Below are positions 42,563 through 50,834 of a stretch of DNA of 54,337 nucleotides, one piece after another. A program made the translations under genes and the position numbers. Origin of the DNA: a virus; the IMG/VR virus record IMGVR_UViG_3300045988_066153, positions 1 through 54,337 of that record; one strand, given 5' to 3'. Position 1 is the stretch's first letter; every line of letters begins with the position of its first letter. Below the pieces are notes generated by a model. That model did not search any database. It was not told where the DNA came from and saw nothing but the letters and a program-made list of their open reading frames with translations.

Positions 42563-43665
42563 GACAATTGCGACAAATCAATGTTCGTAATCAACTGCGG
42601 GTTCACAATCTGAGGAATCCACTCAGCCGTGTACTCCATATAGCGGCCGTTCTTGTCGCGGTAGTTGGAGATGAGCATCTGACCGTCCGCCGCGGTGTAG
42701 GTGCGGCCTTGCACCGGGTCTACAGCCTCGTATGGGGTGTGATGGCGCATATAGCCGATTTCATCGGACGGAAGCAGAGTGATGCGGTTGTCCGCATAAA
42801 TCTGCACGTTCTTGCCCGTCTGGTCTTTCACATAGTCCTCTTTGATTTCGATGCGTGGAAGACCTAATCCGGTAAACACCTCCGAAGCCAAATCCGAAGA
42901 AATCAAACCGGTAGACAATTTCATCTCGTTGCTGCCGAGAATCATCTTGTACTGCTCCCCAAATTCAGAAGAACCGAGAATGGTCTTGTTGAAAGTGGCT
43001 CGCGACATAATCATCTTGGCATAGCGTCCGTAGTCCGGAGCGAGTTTGTTCAGTTCCTCACGAAGGTAGGAAACGAACATCTTCTTGCCGTCGCTCTTCA
43101 CGTCGGTGTCGGAAGGTTTGAGGAAATTGAAAGGAAGCGCAATCTCAAGCACCTTGTTGCTGGTGTTGCCCGAAGATATGGCGGCGTCCTTGTTGTACAC
43201 CTCCGCCTTGCCGGTCATAAGGAGAGAGCCGACAACAATGTCCATACGCTTGTGTGGAGCAAGCGTGATCTGACGGTAGTCGTCCTGAATGAAGTTCACA
43301 ATCTCGTTGAGCGCCGTGCTTTGGTCGGCTGTCTTCGCCTCGTTGAATTTGTCAATCAAATCCTGAAGCTCGGACAGGCGGTCGATAGACATCTGATAAG
43401 CGTCGCCGAGATATGCGATTTCTCCGTAGCCGCTTCCGATATTCTGACGCTCGCGGATTGGTTTCTCTCCGAATTGTGAATTGATGGAACCTGCCATTAC
43501 ACCGGTTACAGTGCCGATGTAGTCCTTGAACACTCTCGTGGTGGTACGACGGAATGTCAGATACTGCTGCCAATAGATAGTGTCCTTGCGCGTCTGGTTG
43601 ACGCGGTTGATAACCGCACTAACGATATTGGGGTCGTTAAATAAAGTTTCAATAGTCAAAAACAT
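42559..43665 (-). CDS. Major capsid protein (lambda gpE-like)
   Basis: 368 aa, in the position after the scaffold and decoration-like genes. The termini resemble the gpE family in style. A perfect AAGGAGG lies 7 nt upstream of the ATG. Confidence 0.75.
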   Translation of the reverse strand: MFLTIETLFNDPNIVSAVINRVNQTRKDTIYWQQYLTFRRTTTRVFKDYIGTVTGVMAGSINSQFGEKPIRERQNIGSGYGEIAYLGDAYQMSIDRLSELQDLIDKFNEAKTADQSTALNEIVNFIQDDYRQITLAPHKRMDIVVGSLLMTGKAEVYNKDAAISSGNTSNKVLEIALPFNFLKPSDTDVKSDGKKMFVSYLREELNKLAPDYGRYAKMIMSRATFNKTILGSSEFGEQYKMILGSNEMKLSTGLISSDLASEVFTGLGLPRIEIKEDYVKDQTGKNVQIYADNRITLLPSDEIGYMRHHTPYEAVDPVQGRTYTAADGQMLISNYRDKNGRYMEYTAEWIPQIVNPQLITNIDLSQLS

Positions 43666-43677
43666 ACTCAGTCCTCC

Positions 43678-44274
43678 TTATTCGTTAAATTCAAACCAGC
43701 CTTTCATATTCGCCTTGTCGTTCGCCGAGAACGGGATGGCGAGTTTGCTCGGCTCAATCTCTGCCGCGGTGCGGAGCAACGCCACAAGGACAATGCCGTC
43801 ATCCACCTTTGTCTTGTTGAAGAGGGCGGAATTGGCAATGTATTTCTGTGCCGTTCCCGACACCGCTTTCGCCTCGAACAGCACCGTCCCCTTGGGAAGG
43901 TTCGCGCCGAAAGCCGCCTTGATGGTGATGGTGTCATACTCACTGTTGGTGGTGTCTACCGCAGTGACCTCCGCCCCCTTGGCGCCGTTGCCCACAAACA
44001 TACCTTTGTATGCGAGAGAGCCTTTGGCTACCTTGATGGAAAGGTTGGTGTCACCTGTGGTATAAGCTTCGGCAACCGTCATATTCACTACTGGATAAGC
44101 GAACTTGTCTTTCAAGTCCGCGCAGATCGGAGCGAACACCGGAAGCGTGGCGCCCACACTCAAATGTTCCGTGACGAGTTTGTACTCGCCGCGGCGGCGG
44201 ATGCCGGTCTGAACGTCGTAACGCTCCTCCATTTCAACCGCCGGTTGCAAATCATACTTGAATCCTGCTGCCAT
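43678..44274 (-). CDS. Putative head decoration / auxiliary capsid protein
   Basis: 198-aa beta-rich ORF between the scaffold and capsid genes, the position of lambda gpD. Confidence 0.35.
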   Translation of the reverse strand: MAAGFKYDLQPAVEMEERYDVQTGIRRRGEYKLVTEHLSVGATLPVFAPICADLKDKFAYPVVNMTVAEAYTTGDTNLSIKVAKGSLAYKGMFVGNGAKGAEVTAVDTTNSEYDTITIKAAFGANLPKGTVLFEAKAVSGTAQKYIANSALFNKTKVDDGIVLVALLRTAAEIEPSKLAIPFSANDKANMKGWFEFNE

Positions 44275-44278
44275 TTGT

Positions 44279-44935
44279 TTACTTGTTTTGTTCTACAATT
44301 GATTTTGTTCCCTCGTTTATCATCTTCGCGATAGAGGCATTCTCTTTCTCTATCTTCGCATCGGACGACTCGGGGGAAGGGATGCCGTTGAATCCGGCGT
44401 TCGCCAACTCCTGCTTCGCGTCTTTGAAATAACTGTCCAAATCCGCATCGTCGGGAATGGCGTAGCGTTTGGCGATAGTGTCCGGGATGCCGTACTCCTT
44501 TGCCTTCGCAAGAATCTGCTCATCGCGCGTTTCCTTCGCTTTCGCAGCCTCGAACTGTGTCAGTTTGTCCGACAACGGGCTGACGGCGGCGCTGACCGCA
44601 TCGGCAATCAGTTTCGCAATGTCCTGTGGCTCATTCGTAGGTGTTGGCGTAGGTGTAGGTGTTGGCGTAGGCTTAGGTTCGTCCACCGCCTTTCCGTCCT
44701 TCAGATTATGCTTCCGCTCATAGTTTTTCACTGCCGTGGAAGCGGCTCCGTCGGCACGGAAATCGCCATAAGAATTAAGAACGTCCTGAAAGCCTATGCC
44801 CTCGACAATTGAGTTCACCTTGCTCTCGTCCGTCACTCCCTCTCCCTTCTTGTTGGCAATGCGGGAAAGGATGGCGGTGTCCACCCCGGAGAATTTCTGT
44901 TGCAGAGCCGCCAAGATTTGTTCTATTATTGTCAT
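44279..44935 (-). CDS. Scaffolding protein
   Basis: Helical and charged, containing a (PT)7 linker (KPTPTPTPTPTPTPTN). It lies between the portal and capsid genes. Confidence 0.55.
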   Translation of the reverse strand: MTIIEQILAALQQKFSGVDTAILSRIANKKGEGVTDESKVNSIVEGIGFQDVLNSYGDFRADGAASTAVKNYERKHNLKDGKAVDEPKPTPTPTPTPTPTNEPQDIAKLIADAVSAAVSPLSDKLTQFEAAKAKETRDEQILAKAKEYGIPDTIAKRYAIPDDADLDSYFKDAKQELANAGFNGIPSPESSDAKIEKENASIAKMINEGTKSIVEQNK

Positions 44936-44949
44936 ACTCGTATGTGTTT

Positions 44950-44995
44950 TATGCGAAAATACAAAGAAAAAGCGCCTCCCTGAGTTCGGTCTCGT
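44950..44995 (-). terminator. Strong hairpin plus T-tract between the portal and scaffold genes
   Basis: On the minus strand: AAGCGCTTCC-16 nt-GGAGGCGCTT (10 bp with one GU pair), followed by TTTTCTTTG. Confidence 0.55.
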
Positions 44996-45026
44996 GGAAG
45001 CGCTTAAACAATTGGCATTAATGTTT

Positions 45027-46505
45027 TTATTCGGTCGGAACAGCCTTGTTGTTCCCCTCTACTCCGCCGCTTTCCTTATCTTCTTTTATCTGTTCCAACT
45101 CTTCATCAATACGGTCAGCGTTGCCGGCGAACAAGACAGCGTGCTTCTGTGACCACACACCGCCTTGAAGGGCGCTGACGGCGACGCGCACCAAGTCCTC
45201 TATGTTGTCGAGGCGGTACGGCTGAATCTCCACATCAATATCAATGGTCTTCGCCGCTTTGGAGAGGCTTGGATTGATGGACGCCAAAGCGGAAACGAGG
45301 AAATTGACACGGCGTTGCATGAAGTCGCCTATCACCTCCGCGTGGTTCTCCACCGCAAGGTGTGTGGAGAGGAACACATAGTCGAAGGCGACACCGGACA
45401 ACGCATTGCCTGTGCCTTTAAGGCTGTCAAAGGATATGCGAGGGGTGTTGGTCAGCGCATAGATTTGGTTGATGAGCGTTTCCGCCTCGTACTTCACCGT
45501 TTCGGGAACCTGATTCCACGTCAGATACTGCGCGTTCGCCCCCTGTCCGGTCAGCTCGACGACACGGCTCTTGAACTCGCCGCTGAAATTCTCCACGTCG
45601 CCGAAAAGCATAAGGATGGGGAAGAAGTGGTAATCGATGCAGTCGGCATAATTGGACAGAAGTTTTTCAAGGCGGACACGCAGTGTCTTAATCTTCTCGC
45701 AGTACGCTTTCGGTCGGTAGCAGTAGATGACCGGCAGTTTTCCGAACCTGTGCTTGAAGGACTTCACCAACTGCCATCCTTTCTGGCTTTCCCACTGATA
45801 GACCATATCGGCGGTGACCGTCATAAAGCACGTCGTTTCCGTGTCGTCAATCTCTCTGCGTATATACTCGCGCGACATTGCCACAAGGTTTCCCGCCGTG
45901 TCGAAGAACGGATACAGCTTATCCCCGCGGAACGGCGACCACAACGCGCTTTTCAGACGGGTTGACGGAACACTGCCGCCGAACAGTCCCTTTATGCGTC
46001 TGCCGAGGGAAGTCCAGAATCCATCATCGGGGACGGAATACCAATACTCGCAGCACTCTTGCTCGGCGAACCACGACCGCACGATACGTTTGTTCTGATA
46101 CTTGATTTTGTTTTTGACAAGCACCTTGCGTATTGCCTCAAACAGCGGACGTTCCGCCTCTTCCGGCTCGCAGTTCATCTTCGGCTCCGTCCCCACGGTG
46201 AACGCCGTGTGGATGTTCACGATGTCCTGTTCAAGGGGAAGCGCGATGCGGTTCGGCTCCACGTCCTTGGTCTTCTCCGGGATGGTGGAGGTCTTGCCGG
46301 ACACCGGGTCGAACATTCTCTGCTCTTTCTCCGTCACAATCTTGACCTTCGGATATTTCACCGTGTCGACCATAATCTCGTGCTTGTCCGGATTCCAATC
46401 ATTGAAAAGGGCAAGGGCGTCGGGAACGTCCGTCTTGCGCACACGTTTCAGATAGTACACCTTCTGCGAGGAATCGGGAAGCGCCAATATTTCTTCAAGT
46501 GTCAT
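45027..46505 (-). CDS. Portal protein
   Basis: About 490 aa, directly downstream of terL. SPP1 gp6-like size and composition. The track ORF starts at TTG 46511; the first ATG is at 46505. Confidence 0.8.
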   Translation of the reverse strand: MTLEEILALPDSSQKVYYLKRVRKTDVPDALALFNDWNPDKHEIMVDTVKYPKVKIVTEKEQRMFDPVSGKTSTIPEKTKDVEPNRIALPLEQDIVNIHTAFTVGTEPKMNCEPEEAERPLFEAIRKVLVKNKIKYQNKRIVRSWFAEQECCEYWYSVPDDGFWTSLGRRIKGLFGGSVPSTRLKSALWSPFRGDKLYPFFDTAGNLVAMSREYIRREIDDTETTCFMTVTADMVYQWESQKGWQLVKSFKHRFGKLPVIYCYRPKAYCEKIKTLRVRLEKLLSNYADCIDYHFFPILMLFGDVENFSGEFKSRVVELTGQGANAQYLTWNQVPETVKYEAETLINQIYALTNTPRISFDSLKGTGNALSGVAFDYVFLSTHLAVENHAEVIGDFMQRRVNFLVSALASINPSLSKAAKTIDIDVEIQPYRLDNIEDLVRVAVSALQGGVWSQKHAVLFAGNADRIDEELEQIKEDKESGGVEGNNKAVPTE

Positions 46506-46517
46506 AATCAATATTTT

Positions 46518-48812
46518 TTAGTGAGTGAATAATTTGCTGTTGTCCTTAGGCTGCATTATACGTCCGAGCAATTCGCCCAAGACAAAGTAGCGGGAGGCGT
46601 CGATGCAGTGGTTGTCGTGGTCTTCCGGCTCGTTAACATATCTTCCGTCAATATCTCTCGCCCAGATATAGTTGCGCAGCTCGTTCTGCAGGTTGTAGGA
46701 ACGCTCAGTGACGAACAATTCCATATCCTTCATCTTCTCAATGCCGGCAATGATGGAACCTGAACCTTTGGCGACAGGATAGATGCGGATGCCGCCGTTG
46801 TGTATCTCCTGTATAAGCCTGGGGTCGGCGGAGTCGGCGATGACCTTCAGCCCCCAGGGGCGAAGAGCCTTGATGATGTCGGAGGAAAGCATTCCAGTCC
46901 TGTAGTCTATCTCGTCAATATACAAAGCGTTGTCCACGACACCGCAGCGGACAATGGCGGTAGGGTCATGGGAATAGCCGAAATCCAAGCCAATGGCGAC
47001 ACGCTTCGCCCATTTGGGGAACTCTTTGACGACACCCCACTTCTTGAATACGGCACCCTCGTTGACATCCGCCCATCTGCCTATGACGGTATGGGCATAT
47101 TTCTCGGGGTTGTCTTTCTTAATCTGCGAAACCTCATTGATGAACTGCGGCGACAGATTGTCGATGTTGTCAAAATATGTGGTGTGGATGTGGAGAACGT
47201 TCGGATGCGTGCTTATCTGCACCGGCACCCCGTCAAACTCCACAAGCTTGTGCGTCTTCTCTATGTACTTGCGGTAAATGAAATGGTTGGAATCCGTAGG
47301 GTTCATTATGATAATGATACGGTTCTGTATGCCTTTCTGACGGATGGATAGCATTATCCGGTCGAAGTCCTGCTCGCTCGTCCATTCCTCCGCCTCGTCA
47401 CAGACAAACGTGGTGATGCCGTGGATTGACTTCAGTTTCGCCGTCTGATTGCCCGAGGAAGTCTTGATGCCACGGAACATTATACGGCTTCCGGTCATTC
47501 TGTTTATCACATCCGTCCGTGTGGAATGGAAATATTTCTCCGTCCCGTCAAGTTCAATCTTCTCCAGCATCTCCGGAATGATGGAGATGTGAGCCGACAC
47601 CATCGTATAGCGAGTATAGAGGATTTGGTGCGTGATGTGTTCTTCAGGAGTAAGCTCAAAAGTGAGCCGGCTGATGAATGCGGCGGTGTTGAAGCTTTTC
47701 CCCGAATTATGCGTGACAGTGCCGTCGCTGTGGAGGTAACGTTGATTGCCGTCGAGACAGATGCCGCACCAATCCCCGACACCGGCAGGCTCGATGCTCA
47801 ACATTGACAAATGCCAATCTTTGTTTTTGCGCACGTCCTCTTTGCGTATCTTTTTCCGCTCTACCTTGCAAGGAATACGCCATACGTCCCCATTGATGGA
47901 CACCCGATAAACCTTGCCGCAGTCTTTCCCATTGCATCGTGCGGACTTCTCGGTTATGTTTGTTCTGAAACCAAGCGTATCGGCGACATATTTGATTTGC
48001 TTTGCAAGGGTGCGGTTCTTTTGGATAATTTCATAGCCGTTCCCGCTTGCATAGCCATCAGTATCAAGCAGACCGGCAAGCAATTCCAATCTGTTGTGTT
48101 CGCTGTTGGATATGTATTCTTGTGGGATGTGCTTGTTGTCAATAAGATTGTATTGGCGGAAAACATCCATTATGGGATTTGTATGCCCTTCGGTTTTTGC
48201 AAGTCTGAATGTTCTCGCCTTCCCCTTGACCCCATTAAGGGAAAGCCTTAATCCCTTTTCTTCCGCATAAGATTGTAAATACCCAACAATCTCACTGTCC
48301 GGTGTTGTTATCTGGGGGAAAATACTTGTCCCATCCCCGAGCCATAACCCAAGCAGATACGGGGGTAGCGGAACGGGGACTTCCGGATAAGGGATGGATG
48401 GCGACTTGTAACCACGGAATTGCTCTCGGAATCTTTTGCTCTTGGACGCATAATCTGTCACCCGGATGTCTGTATACTCTGGATATTCCCTATACCGTCC
48501 TTCTCTTATTGCCGCACTGCTTTTCTTCACGCTGAGAATATGCGCATCGTTGACAAAATAGTCCTCGGCACTTGACTGGTGGACTCGGAACATATCACTG
48601 CGCCCTGACATTGTTGCAAGAACCTTCCTCGGGGTGCCGTCGTCGCCCATAACGAACTCGCCGACGGAAATATCCTTGATTTGCTTGACGGTCAAGTCGG
48701 ACATAATGACTTCTTGCGACGGGGATTCACACCCGCGCCCTCCCGTCACAAGGATGATGAATTTCTCCTTGTCCTCATACATCGGATAGTACACAGGCTG
48801 CGGAACAATCAT
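46518..48812 (-). CDS. terL: Terminase large subunit, interrupted by an intein
   Basis: The exteins join to give Walker A LVTGGRG|SGKSF. Downstream are FVCDEAEEW (Walker B-like) and a C-terminal RNase H-like nuclease region. ATG 48812 overlaps the terS stop (ATGA); the track starts at TTG 48836. Confidence 0.9.
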   Translation of the reverse strand: MIVPQPVYYPMYEDKEKFIILVTGGRGCESPSQEVIMSDLTVKQIKDISVGEFVMGDDGTPRKVLATMSGRSDMFRVHQSSAEDYFVNDAHILSVKKSSAAIREGRYREYPEYTDIRVTDYASKSKRFREQFRGYKSPSIPYPEVPVPLPPYLLGLWLGDGTSIFPQITTPDSEIVGYLQSYAEEKGLRLSLNGVKGKARTFRLAKTEGHTNPIMDVFRQYNLIDNKHIPQEYISNSEHNRLELLAGLLDTDGYASGNGYEIIQKNRTLAKQIKYVADTLGFRTNITEKSARCNGKDCGKVYRVSINGDVWRIPCKVERKKIRKEDVRKNKDWHLSMLSIEPAGVGDWCGICLDGNQRYLHSDGTVTHNSGKSFNTAAFISRLTFELTPEEHITHQILYTRYTMVSAHISIIPEMLEKIELDGTEKYFHSTRTDVINRMTGSRIMFRGIKTSSGNQTAKLKSIHGITTFVCDEAEEWTSEQDFDRIMLSIRQKGIQNRIIIIMNPTDSNHFIYRKYIEKTHKLVEFDGVPVQISTHPNVLHIHTTYFDNIDNLSPQFINEVSQIKKDNPEKYAHTVIGRWADVNEGAVFKKWGVVKEFPKWAKRVAIGLDFGYSHDPTAIVRCGVVDNALYIDEIDYRTGMLSSDIIKALRPWGLKVIADSADPRLIQEIHNGGIRIYPVAKGSGSIIAGIEKMKDMELFVTERSYNLQNELRNYIWARDIDGRYVNEPEDHDNHCIDASRYFVLGELLGRIMQPKDNSKLFTH
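47706..48731 (-). mobile_element. Intein (342 aa) with LAGLIDADG homing endonuclease, inserted in the TerL P-loop
   Basis: Begins with Cys (CESPSQEVIM...VGEFVMGDDGTPRKV; block B NDAHIL). Two LAGLIDADG motifs: LLGLWLGDGTS and LLAGLLDTDGYA. Ends GTVTHN, followed by the +1 Ser. Confidence 0.85.
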
Positions 48813-49360
48813 TTGCCGACCTCCTTCTTTATCCAAGCGTCAATATCAACACCCCTGTCGACATTGGTCGGAACGTCGGAAGCATCCTCGTCCTGTCTGC
48901 GCTCGGTCTTTCTCCATTCTGAATCGTGGTGGTACAGCCAGGTTGCAAGCGCCTGCATATTGTAAGGCATCTCGGATTCTGTTTCGGAAGTCTGAATCTC
49001 CTCGTCTTCCGTGTATTCCCCACCTATGCGCAGTTTGCGGCGGAGAACCGTCTTCGATTTGATTTTCTTGCCACCGAGGGCACCTTTAAGGTATGCGCCG
49101 CGGACTATGGAAGTGATTTTTCTGCGTCCACGCGCTAAGACCTTATTAAAACGAGCGGAGCGCCTTTGGTTTTCCTTCTCTGTCCAATTCGCATAGCAAC
49201 CGTTCTTCATTGTGGAAAACACATCCGGGGACAAAGACACGCCGAATTTGTCGGCAAGGCTGTCGGCGATTTCAGCGTCCGTCAATCCCTGCATGGCGAG
49301 GGCGAGGATTTCATCGTAGAAATCATCGGAATCGTAATCGAATTTCTTTGGTCTTGCCAT
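48809..49360 (-). CDS. terS: Terminase small subunit
   Basis: N-terminal HTH (MQGLTDAEIADSLADKFGVS) and a basic centre. It lies directly upstream of and overlapping terL. Confidence 0.7.
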   Translation of the reverse strand: MARPKKFDYDSDDFYDEILALAMQGLTDAEIADSLADKFGVSLSPDVFSTMKNGCYANWTEKENQRRSARFNKVLARGRRKITSIVRGAYLKGALGGKKIKSKTVLRRKLRIGGEYTEDEEIQTSETESEMPYNMQALATWLYHHDSEWRKTERRQDEDASDVPTNVDRGVDIDAWIKKEVGK

Positions 49361-49399
49361 TTTGTTGTTGTTTTATTTTGTTATTTTCAATTTGTTCTC

Positions 49400-49407
49400 T
49401 ATATTTG
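49400..49407 (+). promoter_or_regulatory. Plus-strand -7 box (TATATTTG) inside the minus-strand block
   Basis: TAnnTTTG match with TTTG about 19 nt upstream. It points into the tRNA-like fragment. Confidence 0.3.
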
Positions 49408-49414
49408 CAGTGTG

Positions 49415-49487
49415 GATTGATGGTCGCATCGGTAGCGAGCAGCGTTAACAGCGGTGATATTGCGAGGTTCAACTCCTTTGCCTTTCC
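49415..49487 (+). ncRNA. Degenerate tRNA-like element (no acceptor pairing)
   Basis: D-arm TCGC-ATCGGTA-GCGA at 49424-49438. Anticodon-like arm CAGCG-TTAACAG-CGGTG with one G-G mismatch. T-arm-like GAGG-TTCAACT-CCTT. The flanks do not pair as an acceptor stem. Confidence 0.25.
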
Positions 49488-49515
49488 ACTTTAGTAGGGG
49501 GTACGTTTGTATCTC

Positions 49516-50013
49516 CTATTTTATTTTGTCATATTGCCGCCCTCTCATATCAACTTTGTCAACAATACCAATCGAAGTCACGACATTGTATCTTCTTCCT
49601 TTAACGTTCTGGTTTGGCTCGACAACGACTTTCAACACTTTGTTTGAAGCGTACTTAACCGATGAAACGAAAACAAGCCTGTTTCTATTAGTGTCAATAT
49701 AGACATTCCTCGGCTTCTTCACCGCTGCCTCCACCATTACAAAGCGTTTGAAACTCACGACCGCGCCTTTCTTCCGCTTCGGGTGGTTTCTGTATTTCAG
49801 AATGGTTTTATCTGAAATGATGGTTGTCAACGACTCCAATGTTAATCTTTGTTCTCGCATATACCGCGCCACCGTCCTGCTTATATTGCCGAACTTGTAT
49901 AACAAGCCTTTAGGTCTCCCTATTTTGAGAACCTTGTCCGCAAAAGTCTGTAGGTCTCTGATATACTTCCGCCTATCGTTGTTCAGTCCATATATCAGAA
50001 TACCCTCTCCCAT
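49516..50013 (-). CDS. Hypothetical basic protein
   Basis: 165-aa ORF upstream of terS. No motif I can name with confidence. Confidence 0.5.
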   Translation of the reverse strand: MGEGILIYGLNNDRRKYIRDLQTFADKVLKIGRPKGLLYKFGNISRTVARYMREQRLTLESLTTIISDKTILKYRNHPKRKKGAVVSFKRFVMVEAAVKKPRNVYIDTNRNRLVFVSSVKYASNKVLKVVVEPNQNVKGRRYNVVTSIGIVDKVDMRGRQYDKIK

Positions 50014-50018
50014 TCACG

Positions 50019-50786
50019 TTATTCAAACACAGCCTCCACCTGGTCGTCAAATACTTCACCCTTGATGAACTTGTCGTAGGGGTCGTAGCCGAACCTCTCA
50101 CAGAACGCCGCTTTGTTGGCGAAGTTGTCAAAGGAAAGCATTATATATGCCTCGTTATCCTGAACCTGCCTCATAGCGTTGTCTTTTACAATCTGCTTCA
50201 CATCCTTCATGTGCTGGACTTTCGCCGCCTGTTCCGCCTGCCGTTCCTCAAGGCGTTGTGCCTTCTCCTGCTCGTTCTGCTCACGGACGGGCGCCATCAT
50301 ATCGTCGAGGGCTGCGGTGATGTTGTTCTCCTCCTCCGTCTGCAGGAGGAACTCACATCCAATCATATTAAGGTCGGCTTCCGTCAGTCCGGCGTCCTTA
50401 TAGTCAATGTCGGGGACGATGCGAGCCAAAGCGTCATAATCCCACGCCCCCTGTGCATTCGGATTATTGCAAAGGATGTTCAATTCCTTCTCCTGTTTCT
50501 CGTCGACGTCGATGACCTCCACACGGATTTTGTAGTCGTTCTCCTTTGTCGTGGGGTCGTACTTTTGCAGCTCATCCATAACGGAAAGACGCTGATGTCC
50601 GCTAACCACCGTCAGGCCGGTGCGTTTGTTCACTACGATGCCTCCTACAAGACCGAACTTTTTGATTCCGCGTTTCAGCGTTTTCCTTGCCTCGTCGTCA
50701 ATCTTCCGTGGATTGTACGAAGCAAAGGAGATGGCGGAACGGTTAAGCTCCGCCGCCTCACCTTTTATGTATTTTGATAATTCCAT
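50019..50786 (-). CDS. ParB-like nuclease domain protein (IbrB-like)
   Basis: KKFGLVGGIVVNKRTGLTVVSGHQRL matches the ParB N-terminal domain (…G.HR) motif. Confidence 0.7.
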   Translation of the reverse strand: MELSKYIKGEAAELNRSAISFASYNPRKIDDEARKTLKRGIKKFGLVGGIVVNKRTGLTVVSGHQRLSVMDELQKYDPTTKENDYKIRVEVIDVDEKQEKELNILCNNPNAQGAWDYDALARIVPDIDYKDAGLTEADLNMIGCEFLLQTEEENNITAALDDMMAPVREQNEQEKAQRLEERQAEQAAKVQHMKDVKQIVKDNAMRQVQDNEAYIMLSFDNFANKAAFCERFGYDPYDKFIKGEVFDDQVEAVFE

Positions 50787-50834
50787 AATCTAACTGTTCT
50801 CACCAACCTCATACTTGCGTTCACCTTGTCCCAA

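Noticed and set aside
45165-45965. 266-aa plus-strand ORF inside the portal gene. Similar cases are 46800-47351 in terL and 21010-21663 on the minus strand in the hub gene.
   Set aside because: These are antisense to long, motif-supported genes, and no independent signals support them.
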